DNA of 64,000 nucleotides, taken from IMG/VR virus record IMGVR_UViG_3300028423_000356, positions 32,001 to 96,000 of that record, one strand, 5' to 3'. Shown one piece after another: positions 10,679-20,450 of the stretch. A program made the translations under genes and the position numbers. Below the pieces are notes generated by a model. The model saw nothing but the letters and a program-made list of their open reading frames with translations. It ran no database searches and was not told where the DNA came from. This stretch comes from a virus. Every line of letters starts with the position of its first letter. The stretch's first letter is position 1.

Positions 10679-12094
10679 ATGGCAGCTATTATAACAGACG
10701 ATTTTAAAAAGAGAGTTTTAACTGATATTTATTCTGATTTTTTAGATTCAGAAAATAAATTCTATCTTGGTATAGGTAAACCAATAGTTTGGAACGATTC
10801 AGATATCCCTGTAACACCTCTAAACACTGAAAGAGAAATCAGAAACGCTAAATTAAACACAATATCAGTAAAGTTAATAAAAGACGCATCACGTGTAGCA
10901 AAAAGATATAATTGGTCAAGAGGCACTATATATAACACATATAATGATGATGTGAGAGAAGAAGACAATAATAACTATTATGTTATAACTGATGAAAATG
11001 AAGTTTTTGTGTGTATTGCTAATGGTAAAGATAATTTAGGTAACCCACAACCTTCAAGAATTAAACCAACATATGCAGACAGAGATACACCATTTTTATT
11101 AGAAGATGGATATATTTGGAAATTCTTATTCACAGTTGGAACACTAGAATCTTTAAAGTTTATGGGTGCAAACTATTTTCCAATTAGAGTTATTGATACA
11201 GAAACAGGAACAGACTCTGATAAATCAAGTGGATATGAATTAAAACAATATTACATACAACAAATAGCAACTCCTGGTGAGATATTAGGATATGAAGTTA
11301 TTGAAGGTGGTACAGAATACGATAATACTGTAGAACTTCAAATTGTGGGTGATGGTTTAGTAGAAGCAAAAGCAACAGCAAATGTTAACAATGGGACAAT
11401 AACTCATGTAGATGTAGCATTTGAAGATGAAAATAATGTTGATAGTGACAATTTAAACCTAGCATTTGGACAAGGTTATTCGTATGCAAGTGTTAATGTG
11501 ATACCAAATAATATTCGTTCCGAATCAGCAATTGATGCTGAAATTAGACCTATATTTGGTCCAAAAGATGGTTTGGGTGCAAATTCTTATGATGACTTAC
11601 GCTCTAATGCAATTATGTTTTACACAAATGCAGATGGTGATGTAAATGGAGATTGGATTGTTGGTAATGACTTTAGACAAGTCACACTCATGAATATTCC
11701 ATATATAAATGACCAAGAGGGTATAACATTAAAATCATTTGAAGTTGAATATGATAATGAATTTAATCCATTTACTGTGGATAATAAAATATTTTCTGAA
11801 ACTTCAGGGGCAGAAGCTTATGTTGTTAAAACAGAAGAAACCGTTGAAGAGACAACAAATAAAATAATAAATACAATATGGTATTTACAAAATGAAACTA
11901 CTGGTTTTAACAATTTCCAAGTTGAAGATGAAGTAAGTGAATTAAAAGGAACTGGTAATGGTACAATAACCAAATTAAATGATACACCAGATATTAATGT
12001 TATGGATGCTGAAGTTTTATATATAGACAATAGATACCCAGTAATGAGAACAATCAATCAAGAAGAAGATTTTAAAATAATTATAAAAATATAA
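10679..12094 (+). CDS. gp8: Baseplate wedge subunit gp8
   Basis: MAAIITD.F; RYNW..G..Y; YYVIT...VFVCI.N; DGYIWKFLF; C-terminal LYIDNR...EDFKIII. Confidence 0.88.
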   Translation: MAAIITDDFKKRVLTDIYSDFLDSENKFYLGIGKPIVWNDSDIPVTPLNTEREIRNAKLNTISVKLIKDASRVAKRYNWSRGTIYNTYNDDVREEDNNNYYVITDENEVFVCIANGKDNLGNPQPSRIKPTYADRDTPFLLEDGYIWKFLFTVGTLESLKFMGANYFPIRVIDTETGTDSDKSSGYELKQYYIQQIATPGEILGYEVIEGGTEYDNTVELQIVGDGLVEAKATANVNNGTITHVDVAFEDENNVDSDNLNLAFGQGYSYASVNVIPNNIRSESAIDAEIRPIFGPKDGLGANSYDDLRSNAIMFYTNADGDVNGDWIVGNDFRQVTLMNIPYINDQEGITLKSFEVEYDNEFNPFTVDNKIFSETSGAEAYVVKTEETVEETTNKIINTIWYLQNETTGFNNFQVEDEVSELKGTGNGTITKLNDTPDINVMDAEVLYIDNRYPVMRTINQEEDFKIIIKI

Positions 12095-12106
12095 TGGAAG
12101 AGAATT

Positions 12107-15100
12107 ATGGCTGAAAAATTTACATCAAATACATTCAATGAAGTATATAAAGATGATTTCAATGCAGATGATAACTATCATAGAATATTATTCAATTCTG
12201 GTAGACCACTACAAGCAAGAGAACTAACACAATTACAAACTATAATTCAAGAGGAATTGTATAGATTTGGTAGTCACATTTTTAGAGAAGGTGCATCTGT
12301 AAATGCTGGTAATGTCACCTGTACAAATGTTGAATATATTAGATTAAACACAGAATTTTATCCTCTTCCTGAAAACATTTCGGATATAATAGGAGACACT
12401 TTTATCTCTGATACAACTCAATTCGAGTTCGTTGTAAATGATGTTTTAGAAGAAGTGTATGATAGTGATGGTGTAACATTATCAGAACCAGCAACACTCA
12501 TAATCTCATATACTGGTAGTAATTTAGACTCAGATGTGACAGTGAGAGATAGTGACGGTGAATACATAACTCCAAAAAGAATTATTTCAGAGGAAGTGTT
12601 GAATCAAGAAAGTGGTGATGTAACTTTAAAGGTTGAAACTCTTATTGAAAACGCTCAGTATCCAGTTGCAGGACAAGGAACTAAGTTGGCAGTTGAGACA
12701 GGGGACTTTTTTGCTGCTAAACACTTTGTTGAATCTAATGAACAATCTATTTATCTATCAAAGTATGTATCATTAGTTAACACAACTGTAGGATTTAAAG
12801 TTATTCAAGATATTGTAACAGTTGATGATACTGTTGACTTATACGATAATCAAGGTGATACACCAAATTTAACATCACCTGGAGCTGACCGATATAGAAT
12901 ACGTCTTGTATTAGAAGAAGAAAAAAATGTAAATTCAGAAGATAATTTTATTCCAATTGCCACTGTTGAAAACAGTATAGTTGTTTCTCAAATAAATCAA
13001 GGTGTAAATGAAATATACAATAAACTTGGTGATAATATTGCAAGAAGAACTTATGAAGAATCTGGAGATTATATTGCTGACAGATTTACTCTTAGATTTG
13101 AAGAAGGTGATAGTGATAACGCAGTTAATTTTGTAGTATCTCCTGGAATTGCGTATATAAATGGATATCGTGCAGAAATTAATAGAGATGAAGTTATATC
13201 TGTAAATAAACCAAGAAAAACACAGTTATTCACAGAAGAAACAGTTCCAGTTGAATATGGAAACTATTTATTGATGGAAACTAATGGTTCCAAAGGTCTA
13301 CCAGACATATCAACTTTTGAAGAATTAACACTAAAAAAGGGTAGAGACTTCTTAGATAGTGATATGGGGACAGTTCGTGTTCGTTCTATTGAAAAAGATG
13401 GAGATGATTTAAGATTTTATTTATTTGATTTTAACATTTTACCTGGTCAAAGAGAATCAGAAATATCTTCAATTGGTTCATCAACTAATAATTATTTTAA
13501 TGTAAATAAAGATTTCAATAATACAAGAACAATTCGTAAAGATGTATCTGGAAATGATTTATTATTCAATTTCCCTAATGCATATGTTGCCAATATATTA
13601 GAACAACCAACATCATTTGTCGCACAAAGACAATTTAATGAAACAACAAATAGCAGTGGTGAAGTTACAATTGGAACAAGTGGTTCATCTGACAAGTTCA
13701 CAGATTCAACTCTTTGGATTGCTTCCAAAGAAAATGGAGAATTGGTAAACATAACTAATAACCCAACTTTAAATCAAAGTACCACTACTTTGGTTCTTGA
13801 AGATGATCTTGGACTAGTTACTAACCAAAATGTGACAATATTAACATATGTATTTAAAGAAGATGCACAACCAAGAGCAAAAAGTAAAAATGAAATAACT
13901 GAAACTTTGACCCCTGATTTAAATGGAAACATCACACTGTCAAATGCAGATATTATTAACGTGATAGATATTTTAGATTCAGATGAAAACGGTTCTGATT
14001 TATCAGGAAGATATTCAGTTGATAACGGTCAAAGAGATAATTATTATGGATTAGGTAAATTAAATCTTATACCGGGTTCTACACCACCATCTAATAATGT
14101 TTATATAAAATATGAATATTATAGTCATGGTAATGGAGACTTTTTCTGTATAAACTCATATCCTGAGAAGGATAATGTTGAAACATATGGTGATATCCCA
14201 GTTTATACAAGTGAAACAGGTGATGAAATACCTCTAAGAGATGTGGTAGATTTTAGACCAACACAATCTTCTGATGGTTCGTTTTCAAATATAAATATCA
14301 ACGAATTACCAAGAAACACAGATTTATTCCAAACTGATGTTAACTACTATATGCCAAAAAATGCAAAGGTGGTTATAAATGAAAGTGGTGTAGTTGATGT
14401 AATTGAGGGTAAGGATGCTATGGATCCTAAAATGCCCACAACACCACCAACAGCTTTAGATTTGTATCTTGTTGAAATGGCACCATTTATGATTACACCC
14501 AAAGATTTAGGTGTAACAGCTGTAGAAGCAAAAAGATATACAATGAAAGATATTGGTGATTTAGAAGAAAGACTTGCCAATTTAGAAGAAACAACTGCTC
14601 TATCTATGTTAGAATTGTCAACTTCATCATTTCAGGTCTTAGATAATGATGGTAACATAAGAACTAAATCAGGTTTCTATGTAGATAATTTTGTGGATCA
14701 ATCAAGAGCAAAGGTTGATGATGTAGAATATCGTGCTTCAATAGACCCCTCACGCCAAATTATGAGACCATCATTTAGGGCAAGTGCAATCAAACTTGTT
14801 CCATTTGAACAGTCAAATAACAATGTAAATGCAGAAATATCTGGTGACTTTATTCATCTTAAAATAAAAGATCGTGAAGTTGTTTACCAAGAACAACCTT
14901 TTGCAACAGGAACTGAAAATGTTAACCCATTCTCAGTTGTGAGTAAACGTGGTGTTGTTACATTATCACCATCAAAAGATACTTGGATGGAAACAAGGTA
15001 TTTGACTGATAAAATCACATATGGAGATGACAAATTTAACGTAGATCAAAATCAACTTTGGGATAACTGGAGTTGGAATTGGACTGGTAATGAAAAAGTT

Positions 15101-17515
15101 GGAACAGTCTTAGGAACTCAAGATTTAAATTCAAGGGTTGAATGGGGTAGAACTACACGTGGTAGATTGTTAAACACCACAACCAGAAGGGGTGGAAATA
15201 CAAGAACTACTACTAGAACATTTGAAACGATTCAATCTGGTAGAAGAATAACAGATACTGCAGCGGCTGTGGTAACTGGTTTCTCCACAATAAGAGAAGT
15301 TGTAGGTGATAAATTAATTTCAAGAACCTTAATACCTAAAATGCGTTCACAAAAAATATTCTTTAGGGGTGGAGGATTAAGACCTAACACAAGATTATTC
15401 CCATTCTTTGGTGGAGAAGACATTTCAGAGTGGTGTATTGGTTATGGATCTGAATCTGAATATAATTCTAATAGATTACAATCAAGAGATTCAGATTATT
15501 CCTCAGGTTTTGAAAGTGTAGAACAACATCCAGATGTCCCAACACCTTTATACACTAATGATAGGGGTGAAGTTTATGGTTCTTTCTTCTTACCATCAAC
15601 AGAAGTTGAATCATATCAAACAGGAACTAAAGAATTTAGACTTCTTGATATTTCATCTTATGAAAATAGAGATGATTCTATAACTTGGGCATCAACAAAC
15701 TATAGTTCAATAGGATACTTAAATACAAGACAAAGAACAATTTTATCAACACGTATTGTAAACATTGATACAAGAAGATCAACAAGAGTCGATACTATAT
15801 CAAGAAGAGACACTACAACTAATGTTACCACAAGACAAGTTGGTGGTGGTGGCGACGGTGGTGGCGGAGGTGGTCCTGATGATCCCTTGGCACAAACATT
15901 TACGGTCGATGAAGAATATGGTGTATACCTTACTGGTGTTAAATTGTATTTCGATACAGTTGCAACATCAAATGAAGTTCCTGTATTTGTTCAGATAAGA
16001 CCAACCGTAAACGGTTATCCTTCTGCTGATAGTGTTATTCCTGGAACAACAGTAATTAAAGGACCAAATGATATTAACTTACCTGGTCCAAATCAAGGTC
16101 CAGTAGAAACTTATTTTGAATTTGAAGCACCAGCTTATTTAAGTGGTAATGGTACTGAATATGCAATATGTGTGTTAAGTAATTCAAATGAGTATAATGT
16201 TCATGTTGGTGAAGCAGGTGAGTTTTTAATAGACTCAAATGGCAATATATCAACCGAAAGAAGATTAAGAAGACAACCAACCCTTGGTTCATTGTTCAAG
16301 TCACAAAATTCAAGAACTTGGGAACCTGACCAAACAAAGGACTTAATGTATACCTTGACAAGAGCACAATTTGAAACAAGTGGTTCTTATGTTGTTAAAG
16401 GAACATCAACTCCAACAATTATGTATAATACAAATGAACTATATACTGAACTAGGACAATCAACAATTTATGTTGTAGATCCTTCACATGGTTTTAATGT
16501 TCATGACAAAATCAATGTTTCAATTCCGAATATATCACAAAACATATCATTTAATGATATTAATGGTATTACAACTTCTCAAATGGAAGGTTTGAGAACT
16601 GTGGAATATGTTGATGCGAATGGTTATAAGTTTTTAACAAGTGGTGTAGCAAATGCATCAGCATTTGGACCTTCAAATGGTGTTGTTAGTCTCGAAACAC
16701 AAAACAAATATAATGTTGGTATGTTAAAAGCAATCACACTTGATTTAGAAGGAACTGTTTTAACATCTGAAGCAAGATTTACAAAGGTTGGTATAAATGA
16801 AGGTTCAAATGAACCAAACTACATTAAATATAATGAGTTTACGCCTATAAGCACCAATAAAAACATTTACTTCGATGAAGAAATGTGTAACATAACAAAA
16901 ACTAATGAGCAATATTTAACAGATGAAAATGGGTTTATAAGTGACGGGACAAATTCAATTGATGTGAAGTTTAATTTTGAATCTATATCAGATTTTGTTT
17001 CACCATTAGTTGACTTAGAAGGGTTGAACTTCGCAACTATCCATAATGTAATTGATAATCACACTGATGGTGATGATTTGGGTGACATAATGTTCCAACG
17101 TTCTGAAACTTATCCTAATATAGGAACTGGTGTTGCCAAACATGTTACAAAAGTGACATCATTAGCACAAACAGCAACAGGATTGAAGATATTACTATCT
17201 GCTCATAAACCATCTGAAGCATCGTTTGATGTGTATTATAGAACTAATAGTAACAAATCAATTGATAATGGAAATATCTTAAGTCAAGATTGGATACTCG
17301 TTGAACCTGAAGTTATACCACCAAGTGATGAAAACCCAAATGTTTATCGTGAGTATAGATATCTTCCAACTGAACTTGATGTTGGTGACGAAAACTATGA
17401 AGTTGGTTATATGAAGGATTTCGACCAATACCAAATTAAAATCGTTATGAAATCATCAAATACAAGTAAAGTTCCTATGTTTAAAGATTTGAGAACAATA
17501 GCACTATATGACTAA
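12107..17515 (+). CDS. Large virion structural protein, VrlC/DUF4815 family
   Basis: YKDDF...NYHRILFNSGRPLQARELTQLQTI; PGADRYRI; ARRTYEESGDY; KRYTMKDIG; KSGFYVDNF; DPLAQTF; GSLFKSQN. Confidence 0.88.
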   Translation: MAEKFTSNTFNEVYKDDFNADDNYHRILFNSGRPLQARELTQLQTIIQEELYRFGSHIFREGASVNAGNVTCTNVEYIRLNTEFYPLPENISDIIGDTFISDTTQFEFVVNDVLEEVYDSDGVTLSEPATLIISYTGSNLDSDVTVRDSDGEYITPKRIISEEVLNQESGDVTLKVETLIENAQYPVAGQGTKLAVETGDFFAAKHFVESNEQSIYLSKYVSLVNTTVGFKVIQDIVTVDDTVDLYDNQGDTPNLTSPGADRYRIRLVLEEEKNVNSEDNFIPIATVENSIVVSQINQGVNEIYNKLGDNIARRTYEESGDYIADRFTLRFEEGDSDNAVNFVVSPGIAYINGYRAEINRDEVISVNKPRKTQLFTEETVPVEYGNYLLMETNGSKGLPDISTFEELTLKKGRDFLDSDMGTVRVRSIEKDGDDLRFYLFDFNILPGQRESEISSIGSSTNNYFNVNKDFNNTRTIRKDVSGNDLLFNFPNAYVANILEQPTSFVAQRQFNETTNSSGEVTIGTSGSSDKFTDSTLWIASKENGELVNITNNPTLNQSTTTLVLEDDLGLVTNQNVTILTYVFKEDAQPRAKSKNEITETLTPDLNGNITLSNADIINVIDILDSDENGSDLSGRYSVDNGQRDNYYGLGKLNLIPGSTPPSNNVYIKYEYYSHGNGDFFCINSYPEKDNVETYGDIPVYTSETGDEIPLRDVVDFRPTQSSDGSFSNININELPRNTDLFQTDVNYYMPKNAKVVINESGVVDVIEGKDAMDPKMPTTPPTALDLYLVEMAPFMITPKDLGVTAVEAKRYTMKDIGDLEERLANLEETTALSMLELSTSSFQVLDNDGNIRTKSGFYVDNFVDQSRAKVDDVEYRASIDPSRQIMRPSFRASAIKLVPFEQSNNNVNAEISGDFIHLKIKDREVVYQEQPFATGTENVNPFSVVSKRGVVTLSPSKDTWMETRYLTDKITYGDDKFNVDQNQLWDNWSWNWTGNEKVGTVLGTQDLNSRVEWGRTTRGRLLNTTTRRGGNTRTTTRTFETIQSGRRITDTAAAVVTGFSTIREVVGDKLISRTLIPKMRSQKIFFRGGGLRPNTRLFPFFGGEDISEWCIGYGSESEYNSNRLQSRDSDYSSGFESVEQHPDVPTPLYTNDRGEVYGSFFLPSTEVESYQTGTKEFRLLDISSYENRDDSITWASTNYSSIGYLNTRQRTILSTRIVNIDTRRSTRVDTISRRDTTTNVTTRQVGGGGDGGGGGGPDDPLAQTFTVDEEYGVYLTGVKLYFDTVATSNEVPVFVQIRPTVNGYPSADSVIPGTTVIKGPNDINLPGPNQGPVETYFEFEAPAYLSGNGTEYAICVLSNSNEYNVHVGEAGEFLIDSNGNISTERRLRRQPTLGSLFKSQNSRTWEPDQTKDLMYTLTRAQFETSGSYVVKGTSTPTIMYNTNELYTELGQSTIYVVDPSHGFNVHDKINVSIPNISQNISFNDINGITTSQMEGLRTVEYVDANGYKFLTSGVANASAFGPSNGVVSLETQNKYNVGMLKAITLDLEGTVLTSEARFTKVGINEGSNEPNYIKYNEFTPISTNKNIYFDEEMCNITKTNEQYLTDENGFISDGTNSIDVKFNFESISDFVSPLVDLEGLNFATIHNVIDNHTDGDDLGDIMFQRSETYPNIGTGVAKHVTKVTSLAQTATGLKILLSAHKPSEASFDVYYRTNSNKSIDNGNILSQDWILVEPEVIPPSDENPNVYREYRYLPTELDVGDENYEVGYMKDFDQYQIKIVMKSSNTSKVPMFKDLRTIALYD

Positions 17516-17526
17516 AGAGTGAAATT

Positions 17527-17745
17527 ATGAATTATAAAAAAGTTGAAAATAAAGATAATATGGTACGCGACCCAGAGTCGGGTGCCATACTTTATATAAA
17601 TAATAGTGAAAACACACGTGAAATCAAAAGACGTAAAAGAATTGAACGAAAAGAACAAGAACAATTAAAAAATGATTTTAACGATTTAAAAAATGAAGTT
17701 GGTGAAATAAAGGAATTGTTACTACAACTAATAGAAAAGAGATGA
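17527..17745 (+). CDS. Small conserved T4-like hypothetical protein
   Basis: VRDPESGAI plus a coiled coil; typical small gene after VrlC. Confidence 0.7.
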   Translation: MNYKKVENKDNMVRDPESGAILYINNSENTREIKRRKRIERKEQEQLKNDFNDLKNEVGEIKELLLQLIEKR

Positions 17746-17749
17746 ATCA

Positions 17750-19693
17750 ATGACAAATGAATTTGATGGATACAGAGAAAAACAATATTCTATATTAGCT
17801 GACACTATTAATGAGTTTAGAATAAAACTAAATAAAGTTGCTCATTCTGTTGGAAGTTTGAGTGATTTAAATCCTGAATTTGTTAACGATTCAGATGTTG
17901 TGGATGCATTAAATAACCTTTTTTCTCAAGATTCAGATTTACAAAAACAAATAGATGATTTAAAATTAGCTGATTCTGATTTACTACAACTAATCAACAA
18001 TATTGATGCAGGTGGTGGAACAGGTGCTGATAGTGATTGGGTTTTACAACAAGATTCAGATATATACGCCACTATTTCAAACTTGAAGTTAAAAGATTTA
18101 TTTGATGTTGATGATTATACAGGAAATGTTACGGTCGGAGATATAATTAGATGGGATGGTAATTCTTGGTATACGACAGAATTAAATGATTCAGATACAC
18201 TTGATGATGTTAACCAAAGAGGTAATGTAACAACAAGAGAAATAATATTACCAAAAATTAAAATTAATAAATCGGGTGTTAACAGTGGTATAGAATTAAA
18301 TGATAGTGATAATCCAAATAATGGAAAACTTAATGTATTTTTAGATTCTGATGATAGTAATGTTATCATTAATACAGATGGTATAGATGAAATTAAAACA
18401 AAAGGTGAAGGTGATTCAGATTTAAATAGGTTATTAACTAATAGTCCAATAGGATTAGATGGTGGTTATTACACTAAAGGTTCTCAAATAAATTCAGGAG
18501 TAACTAAAACACCAGGATTAGTTATAGGTAATAACGCAAATATAACTCTTGATAGATATCAAAAAATAGAATATACACCATCTTTCCTAACTCAATGGTC
18601 TAATGATTTTGGGGGGACTTTTTATACTGGACATCCTGGAACTTATTTAAAACAAGATGGACTTGTAATTGTAACTGGTCATGTTGTAAATGGTTCCTTT
18701 AATATCACATTTGATACCACTGGGTTTGACGGCACTGCTGCACTTGGATCTGGAACAATTTATATTGATTGTATAGATTCAAATTTCAAACCTATATCAC
18801 AAGATGGATTAATTACACATATAGATCCAACATCAAGATTTATAGTTGGTAATGAACAATTATATCTAACAGCAGTTGAAGAAGGTGAAGATAGCCCCGG
18901 TTTTAACACACCACCTAAATATTGTTTAAAATTAATTCGTAGTGATGGTTCATCTGTTAGTTTTGGAGACCCAGAAATAGTAAATGGTGTAGGTGATTTA
19001 TCATTTTCATATAGTTACATAAGTGATACAATCAATTTACAAGATCCAGTTTTCAGATTATCTTCGAATGCTGGTGAGGATAGAACCGTTTATGAGGGTA
19101 GACAAGTTATTCTTGATGGTAGTGAATCTAAAACAATTACAGAATTTGACACATATCTTTGGGAACAATTATCTGGAGAACTTGTCACTTTAAGTGACAT
19201 TAATGCTGTTCAACCAACTTTCACTGCACCATTATTAGACTCTTCTGGTGAAGATAAAATATTAGATTTTAGATTAACTTTAAGTTATAATAACGGAGAA
19301 ATCGTTGATAGTGATAGAGTTAAAATAATAGTATCTTCTGCACAACTTGGAACTATTATAATGTGGTCTGATACAATTGACACTATACCAGATGGTTGGG
19401 TTATTTGTGATGGTAATAACGGGACTCCTGATTTAAGAGATAGATTTATTGTTGGTGCAGGTAGTAATTATTCCGTTGGTGATATTGGTGGTGCTAATGA
19501 AGTTACATTAAGTGTCAATCAAATTCCACCACATACCCATGAAGTTCCTGATGGGACAACAGGTGGGGGTTCTGGAGCACAAAATGGTCCTTTAACTGGT
19601 GACACACTTTCATCACAATCAACTGGTGGTGGACAACCACATGAAAATAGACCACCATATTATGCATTAGCATATATAATGAGAGTTGGTTAA
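17750..19693 (+). CDS. Tail fibre-like protein with PKD-like domain and C-terminal collar domain
   Basis: NAGEDRTV..G..V.LDGS PKD-like repeat; GTIIMWS...IPDGW.ICDG.NGTPDLRDRF...HENRPPYYALAYIM; 10 DSD. Confidence 0.75.
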   Translation: MTNEFDGYREKQYSILADTINEFRIKLNKVAHSVGSLSDLNPEFVNDSDVVDALNNLFSQDSDLQKQIDDLKLADSDLLQLINNIDAGGGTGADSDWVLQQDSDIYATISNLKLKDLFDVDDYTGNVTVGDIIRWDGNSWYTTELNDSDTLDDVNQRGNVTTREIILPKIKINKSGVNSGIELNDSDNPNNGKLNVFLDSDDSNVIINTDGIDEIKTKGEGDSDLNRLLTNSPIGLDGGYYTKGSQINSGVTKTPGLVIGNNANITLDRYQKIEYTPSFLTQWSNDFGGTFYTGHPGTYLKQDGLVIVTGHVVNGSFNITFDTTGFDGTAALGSGTIYIDCIDSNFKPISQDGLITHIDPTSRFIVGNEQLYLTAVEEGEDSPGFNTPPKYCLKLIRSDGSSVSFGDPEIVNGVGDLSFSYSYISDTINLQDPVFRLSSNAGEDRTVYEGRQVILDGSESKTITEFDTYLWEQLSGELVTLSDINAVQPTFTAPLLDSSGEDKILDFRLTLSYNNGEIVDSDRVKIIVSSAQLGTIIMWSDTIDTIPDGWVICDGNNGTPDLRDRFIVGAGSNYSVGDIGGANEVTLSVNQIPPHTHEVPDGTTGGGSGAQNGPLTGDTLSSQSTGGGQPHENRPPYYALAYIMRVG

Positions 19694-20450
19694 TTTATAT
19701 AAATATATAAAAGGTATAGGAAATAATTATGGCGGAAACAACAACTTCAAATGTCCCTTTAGGTGGTATTATAATATGGTCTGGATCATTTGAAACTATC
19801 CCAGATGGTTGGGGAGTTTGTGATGGTGCTAATGGAACACCTGATTTAAGGGATAGATTTGTTCAAAGTAATGGTAATATATACAATGTTGGAGACATTG
19901 GTGGCGCCAATGAAGTAACACTAAATATAAATCAAATTCCACCACATTCTCACGATGTCCCTAAAGGTAATACTGGTGGTGGAATAGGTGTACAAAATGG
20001 ACCTTTAACTGGCGGAACACTTACAACACAATCAACTGGTGGTGGACAACCACATGAAAATAGACCACCATATTATGCATTATATTATATAATGAAACTA
20101 TTTGATTCCGAAATTGATATAGTTATAATACCTTCAAATGGAATAATTCTTTGGCCCAACACAATTGGATCAATCCCTAGTGGTTGGGTATTTTGTGATG
20201 GTAATAACGGAACACCCGATTTAAGAGACAGGTTTGTTGTTGGTGCAGGTAATAATTATTTTGTAGGTAACACGGGTGGTGTAAGTGAAGTAACACTAAA
20301 CATAAATCAAATTCCACCACATTCTCACGATGTCCCTAAAGGAACAGTAGATGGTGGTGAAGGGGTACAAAATGGACCTTTAACTGCTGGTGTTGTAACA
20401 TCACAATCAACTGGTGGTGGACAACCACATGAAAATAGACCACCATATTA
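19614..20450 (+). repeat. Three identical 49-nt copies in collar-domain coding sequence (starts 19614, 20027, 20402)
   Basis: cacaatcaactggtggtggacaaccacatgaaaatagaccaccatatta present three times; the first two match for 56 nt. Confidence 0.9.
19698..19705 (+). promoter_or_regulatory. T4-type late promoter TATAAATA
   Basis: Exact consensus, intergenic. Confidence 0.8.

Noticed and set aside
15130-15900. Arg/Thr-rich and poly-Gly stretches in the VrlC-like protein
   Set aside because: Low-complexity variable segments before DPLAQTF are usual in this family; the alternative ORF 15765-15998 is a shadow frame
19614-20450. CRISPR array or diversity-generating retroelement template/variable repeat
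   Set aside because: The repeats are in-frame coding parts of collar domains about 400 nt apart; differences are not adenine-specific; no reverse transcriptase or cas gene is in the window
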